Below are positions 31,525-44,279 of a DNA stretch of 64,000 nucleotides, one piece after another. Under the pieces are notes generated by a model. It saw only the letters and a list, made by a program, of their open reading frames with translations, was not told the origin of the DNA and searched no databases. Each line of letters starts with the position of its first letter. The first letter of the stretch is position 1. A program made the translations under genes and the position numbers. The DNA comes from an uncultured Planctomycetota bacterium (GTDB lineage Bacteria > Planctomycetota > Planctomycetia > Isosphaerales > Isosphaeraceae), in assembly GCA_963845755.1 (NCBI GenBank), contig CAWJTV010000042.1, positions 288,001 to 352,000 of the forward strand. Direction: 5' to 3'.

Positions 31525-32918
31525 CAGGGCTTACGCACCAGCCTGGGATATCTGAGTGTTCTGGGAAAGAGCATCTCGCCTCGATCCTACAGTCCGGCTG
31601 GTCGGGAAACGGACGTCTTTTGTACCATCGATCGCCAGGATAACTCGATCTTTTCAGGGACGTCCACACCATGACCGTCAGCTCGGATTCGGCCTCCGCT
31701 ACTCCCGCCCAAGACCCGATCTCACTCCTCGATCATTTCGCCGACTTGCCCGATCCCCGCCGCGAACAGGGGCGAATCCACCGACTCGATGAGATCATTT
31801 TCATCGCCACCTGCGCCGTGTTCTGCGGCGCCGACAACTGGGTGCAGATCGCCGATTATGCCCACTCCAAGAGCGACTGGCTCGAGACCTTCCTCGAATT
31901 GCCCGGCGGCATCCCCTCGCACGACACCTTTCGACGGGTCTTCTGCCTGCTCGACCCGCTGGCCTTTCAGAAGGGCTTCTCCTCCTGGATGACGGCGCTG
32001 ATGGAGCGAACGGGATTGACCCCCGTCGCCACCGATTCGCCCGAGCTGACGCCGATCGCCATCGACGGTAAGGCCCAACGCGGCGCGGCGCGGCGCACCG
32101 TCGGCCGCTCGGCCCTGCATGTCGTCAGCGCCTGGGCGGTCGTGAACCATTTGACCTTGGGGCAAGTGGCCACCGACGCCAAATCCAACGAAATTACGGC
32201 CATTCCCGACTTGCTCGCGATGCTGGACCTCAACGGGGCCGTGGTGACCATCGACGCCATGGGTTGTCAGAAAGACATCGCCGCCAAGATCATCGACGGG
32301 GGTGGCCATTACGAGCTCGCGGTCAAGGAGAACCAGCCGCACCTCTACGAGGACATCGCGCGGGCGTTCGACGAGGCATTGGATCAGGGCGAGCCCGGGG
32401 TGGACTTCACTGAATGTCAGACGGAAGAGATCCGCAGCGGTCGCCAGGAGACCCGGAGTTGCTGTGTGATCACCGAGCCGAAGGGGATCCGCAACCTGGG
32501 CCTTTGGGCCGGGCTGACGGCGATCGTGATGGTGATCAGCCATCGGGTGATCCATGGTGAGGCCAGCAGTGAGACCCGCTACTTCATCAGCAGCGCGTCC
32601 CAGCCGGCGACAGAGCACCTGCGTTGGGTGCGGGGTCATTGGGGGATCGAGAACTCGCTGCACTGGGTTCTGGACGTCTGTTTCTCTGAGGATGATCAAC
32701 GGCACTGGGCCGGGAACAGCGCGGAGAACTTGGGATGGCTCCGCAAGATGGCTTTGTGCTTGCTCAAGGCGGAGAAGAACAGCAAGGGCAAGAGTATCGC
32801 GACGCGCCGCCTGGTTGCGGGCTGGAAGAATGACTATCTCTTGGATGTACTGGCCCAAATCCCCGAGAAATCAACTGTACTGGCCGAAAACCCCGAGAAA
32901 TCTGGTGCGTAAGCCCTG
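31525..32918 (+). mobile_element. Complete ISAs1-family insertion sequence (1394 bp)
   Basis: Perfect 17-bp IR CAGGGCTTACGCACCAG; 10-bp TSD GGCGGGGATC at 31515-31524 and 32919-32928. Confidence 0.97.
31671..32912 (+). CDS. ISAs1-family DDE transposase
   Basis: DPRR, GIPSHDTF, IAIDGK, KSNEITAIP, TIDAMGCQ, VKENQP, HWGIENSLHW. Confidence 0.97.
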   Translation: MTVSSDSASATPAQDPISLLDHFADLPDPRREQGRIHRLDEIIFIATCAVFCGADNWVQIADYAHSKSDWLETFLELPGGIPSHDTFRRVFCLLDPLAFQKGFSSWMTALMERTGLTPVATDSPELTPIAIDGKAQRGAARRTVGRSALHVVSAWAVVNHLTLGQVATDAKSNEITAIPDLLAMLDLNGAVVTIDAMGCQKDIAAKIIDGGGHYELAVKENQPHLYEDIARAFDEALDQGEPGVDFTECQTEEIRSGRQETRSCCVITEPKGIRNLGLWAGLTAIVMVISHRVIHGEASSETRYFISSASQPATEHLRWVRGHWGIENSLHWVLDVCFSEDDQRHWAGNSAENLGWLRKMALCLLKAEKNSKGKSIATRRLVAGWKNDYLLDVLAQIPEKSTVLAENPEKSGA

Positions 32919-33258
32919 GGCGGGGATCGGCTCGTCCGAGTACAGCGTGATCGCACCCTGGGTGAACGTATAACGGAAGAAAAGCCCCGGATGACACAGG
33001 AGGACCAGGTAGAGGACGAACAGGCTGAGGATTCCGAGGAACGTGAAGAGGGCCGCCATGGCGATCCGCTTGAGATTCGCTCGGTTCAGCTTGCTCCGGA
33101 AGCTCGTCATGAGTCATTTCCCGTTCAAGGCGCGCCCTCTGGGCGGCCGGAATCTGGCAGGTCGATCTCGGTCATTGCTCGACAGGTCCGAGCGTGATAG
33201 GGTGACCCGAAGGTGGGGCATCCCGAGACGACGGTCCCGATTGGGGGGGAGATCGATC

Positions 33259-34344
33259 ATGAACCTGATGATTGCTTTGGTAACCATCGCGTGGCAAGCG
33301 ACGGCCGGAACCGCCGACGACCCGGGTCGGGCCGGCCGGCTGGTGCGGGTGGCCGGAGGCGGGACCGGCGGCGACGGGACCTCGGCCGATCAGGCGAAGC
33401 TCAACGGCCCGTTCGGAGTCGCGTTCGACGGCCAGGGGACGCTCTACTTCGTCGAGATGACCGGTAACCGCGTCTGCAAGATCGGCCCGGACGGTCTCGT
33501 CACCACGCTGGCGAAGAACGGCGGGAGAGGGAACGGCCGCGATAACCAGGGGGCGACGCGTGCCAACCTCAACGGACCACATAGTTTGGTAGTCGCCCGG
33601 AACGGGGATATCTATGTCGCCGATACCTGGAACAACCGCGTCCGCAAGATCGACCCACGCGGTGAAGAGATCACGACCGTCGCGGGGACGGGCCAGAAGG
33701 GATTCTCCGGGGATGGCGGGCCGGCGGCCCAGGCAGAGTTCGGCGGGATCTATTGCCTGGCTCTCAACGAGAACGCACAAACCCTCGACCTGGCGGATCT
33801 CGATAACCGGCGCATCCGTCGCATCGACCTCAAGACGGGGATCGTCACGACCGTGGCGGGCAACGGCAAGAAAGGTGTGCCCGCAGATGGCGCCGAGGCG
33901 ATCTCGGCACCCCTGGTCGACCCGAGGGCGGTGGCAGTCGACGGCCGGGGCAACCTCTACATCCTGGAACGCAGCGGCCATGCCCTCCGGGTGGTCGACC
34001 GATCGGGAAAGATCCGCACCGTGGCCGGCGACGGCCAGCAGGGCGATTCCGGCGACGGCGGCTCCGCCCGCCGCGCCCGGTTGAACGGCCCGAAGCATCT
34101 CTGCGTCAACGCCCGAGGGAATGTACTGATCGCCGATACCGAGAACCATCGGATTCGCGTCTACCGCCCGGAAGACGGGACGATCCAGAAGCTGGCCGGC
34201 ACCGGTCGCAAAGGGTCGAATGGACTGGGAGGCCCTCCCGCCGATGCCGAACTCAGCCAGCCGCATGGCGTCACCGTCGGACCGGGAGGAATCCTCTACA
34301 TTTCCGATAGCAGCAACGACCGGATCCTCAAGATCGTGCCGTGA
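33259..34344 (+). CDS. Secreted NHL-repeat beta-propeller protein
   Basis: Repeated LNGP..V..GxxYxAD..NNRVRKI and GDGG motifs. Confidence 0.88.
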   Translation: MNLMIALVTIAWQATAGTADDPGRAGRLVRVAGGGTGGDGTSADQAKLNGPFGVAFDGQGTLYFVEMTGNRVCKIGPDGLVTTLAKNGGRGNGRDNQGATRANLNGPHSLVVARNGDIYVADTWNNRVRKIDPRGEEITTVAGTGQKGFSGDGGPAAQAEFGGIYCLALNENAQTLDLADLDNRRIRRIDLKTGIVTTVAGNGKKGVPADGAEAISAPLVDPRAVAVDGRGNLYILERSGHALRVVDRSGKIRTVAGDGQQGDSGDGGSARRARLNGPKHLCVNARGNVLIADTENHRIRVYRPEDGTIQKLAGTGRKGSNGLGGPPADAELSQPHGVTVGPGGILYISDSSNDRILKIVP

Positions 34345-34397
34345 CCGTCGCCACAGCAGGACATTCGCAGTCGAATTGCCTAACTCGTTCTACGAAT

Positions 34398-35992
34398 CTA
34401 TTCCGCGAACCGCTTGAAGAACGAGGTCTCCTTCCATCGCGGACGGGTGTCGCGGTTGGCGACGCGCTCCAGCAGCTTCGCGACGACCCGGTCGAACGTG
34501 CCGGCGGCCTGCTTGTCCACCGGCTGATTCACATCGTCCGAGGGCGCGTGGTAGCGCTCGGTCAGCCATTGTTTCACGGTCTTTTCCTCGGGTGAGCCCT
34601 TGTCGAAGCCGACCTTCAAGGCGAGAGACGGGATGCCGCGGCGAATGAAGCTATACTGATCGCTGCGGATGAAGACATTCCGCTTCGGCTCCGGATCGCG
34701 CTGGGGGGCGATGCCCAGCGACTCCGCCACGGCCGAGGCGTCGGCGCCGAGGTCCGATTCGTCCATGCCGTAGATCGTCAAGGACTTCAGCGGGAAGAGC
34801 GGCAGGAACATGTCGGTGTTGATGTCGGCCACGATTCTTCTGGCGTCCACAGTCGGCGAGTGCGCGAAGAATTTCGAGCCGAGCAGGCCCTTCTCCTCGC
34901 CCGTCACGGCGACGAACAGCACCGATCGGCGTAGCTTCGCGCCGGACTCCTTCAGCATGGCGGCCACGTCGAGCATTGCAGCGATTCCCGAGGCATTGTC
35001 CATCGCCCCGTTGTAGATCGCATCGCCGTTGATCGGCTTGCCGATGCCCAGGTGATCGAGATGCGCCGTGAATACGACGTACTCGTCCTTGAGCTTCGGA
35101 TCGCTCCCCGGAAGGACTGCCACGACGTTCTGCGAGACGACCTCGGCCCGCTTCACGGCGGCCGTCGCCTTAAGCGATCCCGGGATCGCAAAGTGCGGCA
35201 GCGGCGTGTTGGCGTCGGCCGCGTCGAGGATCTCGCGGAAGGTGTGGCTGGTGCCGGCGAACCACTTGTCCGCATGGGCCGGGTTGACCGTAACGTAGAG
35301 CTTCAGGCCCCGGGTCTCGTCCATCGTCGGGTCGGCCAGGCTCATCGATGGCATGGACCGCGCCAGCGACGAACGCTCCCAGGGGATGTCCATATTCTTC
35401 GGGTTGGCGATGCTCACGATCCCGATCGCTCCCAGGCGCCCCAACAACGTGGCTCGCTCGGCGGGCGACTGCATATGCGCGGCCAGCGGTCCCGGGATCG
35501 ACGCCGGCGCCCCGCTGAGGATGACCACCAGTTTGCCGCGGACGTCCAGGCCGGCAAAGTCGTCGTGATGCGCTTCGGGGATTCTCAGTCCATGGCCGGC
35601 GAACATGAGCGGCGCCTCGATCGTCGGCGCGGATCGACCCGCGAGCTGATGATCGCGTCCGTGCCGAGGACCAGCGGCTCGATCGGCCCGGTCCGCATCA
35701 AACTCAGGCTCGAGTGAGCCTCATCGAGCTGGCGGGACGTCAGCCGCACCGACTGGAAGTAGCCCTCGGTGCCGGCGGGCTCGAGCCCACCGCGCGCGAA
35801 CTCCTTGGCCACGTACTCGGCCGCTTTCCGGTGGCCCTCGCTGCCGGTATTGCGGCCTTCGAGCTTGTCATCGGCCAGGGCCAGGACGTGCGACCACCAA
35901 CGCTGGCCGTCGGGCACCTCCGCGGCTTCGGTCCGGAAGGAAATCGTCGAAGCGACGGCGATCACACCAACGAACATTCTCCAGGGTTTCAT
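34398..35992 (-). CDS. M28 family metallopeptidase with PA domain, copy B (frameshift near 35610-35630)
   Basis: LEGRNTGSEG, TAHLDHLG, NGAMDNASG, GEEKGLLGS, RSDQYSF, YHAPSD. Confidence 0.9.
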
Positions 35993-36072
35993 CGGCCCAC
36001 CTGATCTGATCGATCTTCAGAGACAATCCCATCGAGCCGGGCGACCCGTTCGCCCGTCGGATCCGACTCGAC

Positions 36073-36102
36073 ATTGTCCGCCAGGCTGGCTCGCTGGTGC
36101 AA
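36073..36102 (-). promoter_or_regulatory. Promoter shared by both M28 paralogs (copy B)
   Basis: TTGCAC-N18-GACAAT. Confidence 0.55.
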
Positions 36103-36133
36103 TCGCCAAACGGCTCGGATCAGGGCGTGGGCC

Positions 36134-37771
<1,638 letters not shown>

Positions 37772-37845
37772 CGGCACACCTCATCGAGCTCGGAAGCAGT
37801 TCGATCGAGTCGGGCTACCGATTCGCCCGCCGGATCCGATCGAGC

Positions 37846-37875
37846 ATTGTCCGTTCCACTGCTGGGCTGTTGCAA
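37846..37875 (-). promoter_or_regulatory. Promoter shared by both M28 paralogs (copy A)
   Basis: TTGCAA-N18-GACAAT. Confidence 0.55.
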
Positions 37876-37936
37876 CCCACAACCGGCCCGGACTCGGCCG
37901 AGCCTTCCCTCGGATCCTCCACTCTGGATTCTCGAA

Positions 37937-39715
37937 TCACGGTATGGGTGCCGCGCGAGACGCGCCGGCTGCGGGATTATCTTCCAAACTCACCGTGAAC
38001 TCGCCGAAGCCGCGCCGGACGGACTCCGTGGCCCCGGCAAGACCTCGGACGAACTCCGGTCCCCGAATGTCGCGCCCGGCCGCCTGACAGAGCCCGGCGG
38101 CCTGGGATGCGACGGCCTTGTCGTAACCGGAGAGCTCAGGCAGGAGCCTGGCCGGGTCGGTCCCGGTCCGCTCGACGATGCGCTCGGCATACACCCTCGC
38201 CGCAGTCCAGGCCCCGTCGCCGTCGCCGTCGATGAAGACCGGATTTGTGACACCGAGCACGCGCGGCACCCATGTCGGCGAAGTGGGTTGATAGGGCGCA
38301 GCGATCGGCCAGTACGGGGCAGTGACGCCCGGCCCCGAGGCAACGGCCACGAGGTGGGCATCATGACTCGGCCGAGGGATCTCCCAGACGATCCGTGACT
38401 TCTCACCGCTTACGGCCCGGGGTTCGACCCGCTCCTCGCGGACCGACACACCGTTCAGGAACAGCGCGACCCGGTCGGCCGTCGTCCAGGAAGGGCCGAG
38501 CACCTTCACAGAGACTTTGAGGGTCTTGCCCGCGCCGCCGGCCAGGTCACCCTCTGTGAACTGGTCATCGACCGCGATCCGCGCGAGCAGGCCCAGGCTG
38601 ACGACGGCTCGGCCCTCTTGCAGCGCCCGGCAGGCGGCGTCGACGTCGATCCGGCCGGGATCGCCGTCGGGGCAAGCGATGTAGGTCCGGCCCTGGCCGA
38701 CGATGTAACGCGTCACGTCGTGGCTATCGCTCGACGCCACCGCCGTGACTCGCTCGCCGTGGTTGATCACGGCCATCCAGTCAAGAATCGGTCGTAGCGG
38801 ATCCGAGTTCATCGCACTCGAGTTGATGACCTCGATCGCGTTGACACCGAGCGGCCCGCGGGCGTGCTCGCCCGTGACCGGGTTGAAGTGCGACCGGTCG
38901 AACGGACGGAACCCGGCATGGACGTCGCGCGGGTGGTTCAGGATGACCACAGGGCGGCTCATCGAGTTCGCGGCGCGGATGCCGCGGAGCAGGCTGGGCC
39001 AGTCGGTCGATCGCGGATCGGGGACGGTCATACCGGCGACGAAGGGGAAGGCGTTGAAGTGGCCCACCTTCGTCGTCACCTCATCGCCGACGACCGGCGT
39101 AAACGTGCCTCGGACTCCCGTGCGCTCGGCCGCCGGGGCCAGCTCGGTGAAATGTTCGTGGTCGGTGGCGATGGGCAACTCGATCCCCTCGCCGGCCAGC
39201 GTGATCGCCCGCTCGTCGATCGTCGCATCGCCATGGCCGCTGAAGGTGAGCGTGTGGATGTGCGTGTCGCAGGCAACCAGTCCCGGTGTCGGCACTTCTC
39301 GGCGGATCGCCAGCTCGACTCGACGATCCTGCCCGTCGGCCACCGAGACCTCCCGTCGATCCAGCCCATACTCGAACCCGCGGGTCGCGTAGACGGTGTA
39401 ATCGCCCGGAGCCAGGCCGACCCGGGCGGCCCCGTCGGACGAATAAACCACGCCCGGCCGGACCGCCAGCCGTGCGCCGGGATCGGCGGTCAGAGGGACC
39501 AACGCGCCCTGGCGATCGACGATCGTCATCCGACACGGTAGGCCGCGACCCGAGTCAGCGTCGGTGACGTGGAGATCGAGGGTGGCGCGACCCGGTGGCT
39601 CGGCCCGCGCCGGCGAGACAACGCCCAGCCGCATGAGTGCCACGATCGCGAGTGCTGACGTAAACGTTATGACGGCGGAATCACGTTCCCAGCCTCCGTC
39701 CGACCTGCCTATCAT
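37937..39715 (-). CDS. CehA/McbA-family PHP metallohydrolase (start uncertain)
   Basis: YATRGFEY, DTHIHT, ATDH, GDEVT, GHFN, LNHP, SSDSH. Confidence 0.85.
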   Translation of the reverse strand: MIGRSDGGWERDSAVITFTSALAIVALMRLGVVSPARAEPPGRATLDLHVTDADSGRGLPCRMTIVDRQGALVPLTADPGARLAVRPGVVYSSDGAARVGLAPGDYTVYATRGFEYGLDRREVSVADGQDRRVELAIRREVPTPGLVACDTHIHTLTFSGHGDATIDERAITLAGEGIELPIATDHEHFTELAPAAERTGVRGTFTPVVGDEVTTKVGHFNAFPFVAGMTVPDPRSTDWPSLLRGIRAANSMSRPVVILNHPRDVHAGFRPFDRSHFNPVTGEHARGPLGVNAIEVINSSAMNSDPLRPILDWMAVINHGERVTAVASSDSHDVTRYIVGQGRTYIACPDGDPGRIDVDAACRALQEGRAVVSLGLLARIAVDDQFTEGDLAGGAGKTLKVSVKVLGPSWTTADRVALFLNGVSVREERVEPRAVSGEKSRIVWEIPRPSHDAHLVAVASGPGVTAPYWPIAAPYQPTSPTWVPRVLGVTNPVFIDGDGDGAWTAARVYAERIVERTGTDPARLLPELSGYDKAVASQAAGLCQAAGRDIRGPEFVRGLAGATESVRRGFGEFTVSLEDNPAAGASRAAPIP

Positions 39716-39931
39716 CACTTGACTCCCCTGCTGCTGAGTCGATCGGCTCCTCATTCGCTCAGGCACCTCTCCTTTTGTAGCACAACGGGATCGTACGCGT
39801 GAGTGGAGACCAGACCGTCCTTGAACGAAGTCTTTTGCGCCGAGACACTTCCGAAAAAAGTCATGGAGGTTCTCGCATTCCGTGCAGTATTCGAGTGAGA
39901 TGAGGATGAACTTCTGCCAGGGGCGACGATC

Positions 39932-42620
39932 ATGGCGAGCGAGAATCCCGGCGAAATCCTTCGAAGTCTCGACCGGGTCTTCAACCAGGGTTCCACCACG
40001 GGTTTGACGGAAGGCCAACTCCTGCGCCAGTTCGCGAACTGGGGCGATGAGTCCGCCTTCGAAACCCTGGTGACACGGCATGGGCCGATGGTGCTGGCAG
40101 TCTGCCGACGGCTGCTGTACGACAAGAGAGACGTCGAGGACGCTTTCCAGGCAACGTTCCTGGTGCTATTGCGGCGGGCCGGCTCGCTGCACGACGCCGA
40201 CCCGCTCGGCCCCTGGCTGCATGGTGTTGCGTATAAGGTCGCGGCACGCATCCGGGCCCGATCGGCCCGTCGGCCGGACGGGGAGTCGCAAAGCGGCAAG
40301 TCCCGAGGCCGTGGAATTCCCCTCCGACGCCGAGGGCCTCGAGCTGCGGGGCATTCTCGACGAGGAGATCGGCCGGCTGCCGGAGAAGTATCGACGACCG
40401 GTCGTGCTCTGCTACCTGGAGGGTCAGACGCACGAGCAGGCCGTGCGCCGGCTCCGCTGTACCGAGGGCGCGGTCCGCGGTCGGCTCGACCGGGCGCGCG
40501 AGCGGCTCAAGATTCGGCTGACCCGCCGCGGAGTCGCTCCATCCGCCGGCTTGATCGCCTCGGCCCTGGCCGATGACATGGCCTCCGTGGCGGTCCCGAC
40601 TTCGTGGATCGCCGCGACGGTCGCCACGCTGGGCCGGGCGGCGACCGCTCGCGCGGTCTCGGTCGCGGCGTTCGAGCTGGCCGATAGCGTGTTCCGGGCC
40701 ATGATCCTGGCGAAGCTCAGGATGGCCGCGTCGTTTGTCGTGGCCGCCGCGGTCATTCTGGCCGTGGGCGCGGTGGTGGTGACGGGCTTCGCGGACTCGC
40801 ACGCTCGCGCGCAGCAAGGCAGATCGAACCAAAGCCCGCCGGTGCCGCCGTGACGGGCCGGGTGCTCGACCGAGATGGCAGGCCCATCGTCGGTGCGCGG
40901 CGTGGCCCACGGGTCGGATCGCGAGAAAGCACCATTTTCCGAGACGACGACCGACTCCCAGGGCCGGTTCACGTTCGAGGACGTCCCGGCGGGTGAGCTG
41001 ATTCTGACCGCCCAGGCCAAGAGGCACGCGCCCGATCTCAAGAAACTCGCGGTCGGCGAGGAGCGGCGGCCCGTTGAGTTCCGGCTCGGTCCCGGCCAGA
41101 CGATCCTTGGGCGGATCCTCGACGTCCACGGCAAGCCGATCGCCGGGGCGCCGGTTTCCGTCAATGAGTGGCGAGGCCACCACGCGCTGAAATGGAGCAC
41201 CGAGACCGATGCCGAGGGCCGGTTCCGCTGGGACGAGGCACCGGCGGACATGGTCTTGCTCGACGTGGGCTCGCTGGGTTTCTACCCCAGCAAGCGCTAC
41301 TGGCGGATGCTCCCGGATCCCGAGGAGAAAACGATCACGATGCGCCGGGCCCTTCACATTCGCGGAGGGGTGATCGACGCCGAGACCGGCAAGGCGATCA
41401 AGCCGTTCACCCTGATTCCGGGCTACGATTGGGGCCACGGCGGTCCTTCCACCTGGGAGTATGACCAGGCCCAGCAAGTGAGCGGCGCATCCTACGAGAT
41501 CACCCTCAGCACGATCTATCCGCTCCGCGTCCTCCGCGTCGAGGCCGAGGGCTACCTGCCCGGGGTCTCGCGCGGGTTCAAGGACGATGAGGACACCCTG
41601 GCCTTCGTGTTCAAGCTGCGCCGAGGTGCGTGGTCAGGAGGCACCGTTCACGGGAACGACGGCTCGCCCTTGGCTGCGGCCGACGTCGTGCTGGTCACAC
41701 CCTCGCAACCCGCGTTCATCCAGAATGGCCGGCCGCCGGGCCCCAAGGATCTTCGTATGCTCAAATCCGGTCCCGATGGCCGGTTTACGTTCCCCCAGCA
41801 CGAGACGCCGTACACGATCCTCGTGCTCCACGACCGGGGCTTCGCCGAGCAGACGATCGGTACGAAGGTCCCGACTTCGTTCGACATGACGATCCAGCCC
41901 TGGGGCCGGATCGAAGGGACGCTCCATATCGGCAAACGGCCGGGCGCCGGCGAGCCGATCAGCCTCTCCTACGATCAGGAGGGCGACACGCCAGGAGCCA
42001 TCCCCTGGTGGAGCGGCGAGGTCAAGGCCGACGACTCGGGTCGATTCGTCTTCGAGCGCGTCAAGCCGGGCACGGTCCACGTCGCGCGGGTGATTCCGGT
42101 CCAGAACACACCGAGTGTCTGGACGCACTACCGCACCGTCTCGACACAGATTGATGTCGCGCCCCAAGGCACGGCTCACGTGAACCTCGGCGGCACGGGC
42201 CGGCCGATCGTCGGCAAGCTGACCGCACCGCAAGTTGACCGCGTACAATTCGCCGAGATCGTGGACCGGGTCAACTGGAAGCAGACCAACAACTCGTTGA
42301 TCGCCAAACCGAACCCGGCCGACCGCATCTCGGTGGCGAGCAAGAAGGCGTCCGGGGCAAAGAGCGGACGGCTCGCGCGGCGGTCGTACGCGGTCATTGT
42401 CGCTGAAGACGGCTCATTCCGGATCGAGGACGTCGAGGCGGGTTCTTATGACCTGATCTTCGTGGTCGACGAGCCGCCTGACAAACCGGACGCTCCGCCG
42501 ACCAACAAGCCGATGGCGTCCGTCCGTCGCGAGGTGATTGTCCCGGAGATGCCCGGCGGTCGCAGCGACGAGCCGCTCGATCTCGGAACGATCGCGCTCG
42601 TGCCGATCAAAAAGCCGTAG
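39932..42620 (+). CDS. ECF sigma factor with TM helix and periplasmic carboxypeptidase-regulatory-like repeats (frameshifts near 40285, 40835 and 40900)
   Basis: AFETLVTRHGPMV, EDAFQATFLVL, LPEKYRRPVVLCYLEG; TM; repeated GRVLD..GxPI, TDxxGRF. Confidence 0.85.
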
Positions 42621-42762
42621 CCAGCTTTTCGGAAGTGTCCATCCGACTATACTTGCTGCAACCAACGCATCTCGGGACACTTCTGCTTCCATCAAGGTCA
42701 ACCGGAATCCCTGGCCAATCCTCGGGACGCAAGCCGATATACTTGGCGTCCACACGGAACGC

Positions 42763-42802
42763 TTGACATCCCTCGCCCGACTTGTACTATTCACCTATGA
42801 CA
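42763..42802 (+). promoter_or_regulatory. sigma70 promoter with overlapping YtrA-type operator
   Basis: TTGACA-N16-TACTAT; 20-bp box TGTACTATTCACCTATGACA. Confidence 0.6.
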
Positions 42803-43132
42803 TGAGGACAATAAACGACTTCGATTCACTCGCCAAGAAAGAATCCGCCTGGAGGTCAGGCGTTCCAGTCTGATCGAACCGGGTGTCAAGCTAGAAGGCT
42901 TGACCCACCGACTTGCGAGCAGGAGATCCGTTTCGTACGTGACTCCAAGTCGTGAAGCGGCTGTCGGGAAGGCCGATTTCGGTGGGTGGAGCTGTGCTTT
43001 GCTCAGCGCAACTCGTTGAATCCGTGGAGTGCACGCTGCGGCGGGTGGATCGCGCCCCCACCCAGCCGAGGGGCGGAGAACTGACTCCCCGGACCGCCAC
43101 CGACTCGGCTCGTTAGGTTGACGTGAACAGAC

Positions 43133-44167
43133 ATGGAGGTCGTCATGAATGGCAGTCTTATTGGAAGAGGCCCCGCAGTCCAGTTCGTGCGAGCCTGTGC
43201 AGGCGCCCGCGTCTGGCTTCCCCGGCGTTGCTCCGGTTGGCGACACCCGGCACTTCTCCTCTTCCTCCCAATCATCGCCGGTTGCTTCAGCCCGCCTCGG
43301 CGCGCTTCGGAGGTGATGGTGGATCCTCCGATGGCGGCGGCCTCCGAGGTGTCCACGCATCCTGACGAAGCGGGGCTCCCGGTTGACTTCTGGAGAAGAA
43401 CCGGTGACCAGGAGCCCTGGGTCGCCCTCAGCAGGGGTCGGCGCGTCGTTGTGACGGAGTTCGACGTCGAGTTCGTGGATGTCCAATTCCAACCGCCCGC
43501 TCGCCATCAACCGATATACAAGCCGGTGGTCACTCTCAGTCCGGTGCATCTGGGGCTGGAGTTGATCGGGCTCTGGCGGAGATGCAGCGTGTTGGCCGAG
43601 GAGCAACAGCAAGTCTTGGCCTCCCAGCTCTACGATGTCTTCCTCCGAGACCTCCGCCAGCGCGGGCTGAACCTGGTTTCTCAGGACGACTTGCTCGCAA
43701 CTCCCGGGTATGCCGAGTTGCGCAAGATGTCCGTGGTCAAGTCGTCGCCTCTCATGTTCATCAATGCGTTGGGAAGTGATACGGGAGTTCCGTATCACAC
43801 TCGGACGATCGCGGCGCCTGGCCTGAGTGTCCAGCAGGGGACTTCGTGCGATCGAGAGACGGCCGACACGCGAATCCTCCAAGAGACGCGCGCCGACGTG
43901 GCCGTCGCGGTGAAGCTCCGAGTCGGCACCTTCCGAGAACGTCCGGCCCTCGAGCACCGTAGCGTGATTCGCTTGACCACTTGCGAGGGATCGACGAAAC
44001 TGCGAGCGTGTCACTCGCTGGTCTCGGACCTCGTGGTGGTCGATACGACGCGCTTTCGACCCATCGTCGGTCGAATCGAGCCGATCGATCCCGCGATGTT
44101 CTCCAGCGAACTGACGGCGATGCTACCCAAGTTCATCGCCCTAGCCTTGCTGGAGTCGAAATCGTGA
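43133..44167 (+). CDS. Hypothetical lipoprotein (start uncertain)
   Basis: LLLFLPIIAGC lipobox; 344-aa ORF. Confidence 0.6.
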   Translation: MEVVMNGSLIGRGPAVQFVRACAGARVWLPRRCSGWRHPALLLFLPIIAGCFSPPRRASEVMVDPPMAAASEVSTHPDEAGLPVDFWRRTGDQEPWVALSRGRRVVVTEFDVEFVDVQFQPPARHQPIYKPVVTLSPVHLGLELIGLWRRCSVLAEEQQQVLASQLYDVFLRDLRQRGLNLVSQDDLLATPGYAELRKMSVVKSSPLMFINALGSDTGVPYHTRTIAAPGLSVQQGTSCDRETADTRILQETRADVAVAVKLRVGTFRERPALEHRSVIRLTTCEGSTKLRACHSLVSDLVVVDTTRFRPIVGRIEPIDPAMFSSELTAMLPKFIALALLESKS

Positions 44168-44279
44168 AGCGGGCTGTTCGGGCCGCGGGCGCGATTCACG
44201 TAAGGTCGGTCTCCCCTCCGTGATTGATCCGAACATCGCCATCCCGGTCGTACTCAGAACAGAGGATTGTTCTCAGGTC

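Larger units (their letters stand above)
30927..33110 (-). pseudogene. Membrane-anchored zincin (HExxH) metallopeptidase-like gene interrupted by ISAs1
   Basis: N-part ...LYSDEPIP (33110-32919) joins ASATRVL... (31514-30927) once the IS and one TSD copy are removed; IAHEAIH and NEGYADY motifs. Confidence 0.85.

Noticed and set aside
40853..40900. Separate sigma and anti-sigma genes
   Set aside because: AAVTGRVLDRDGRPI continues across the break in a shifted frame, indicating one fused ECF protein with indels
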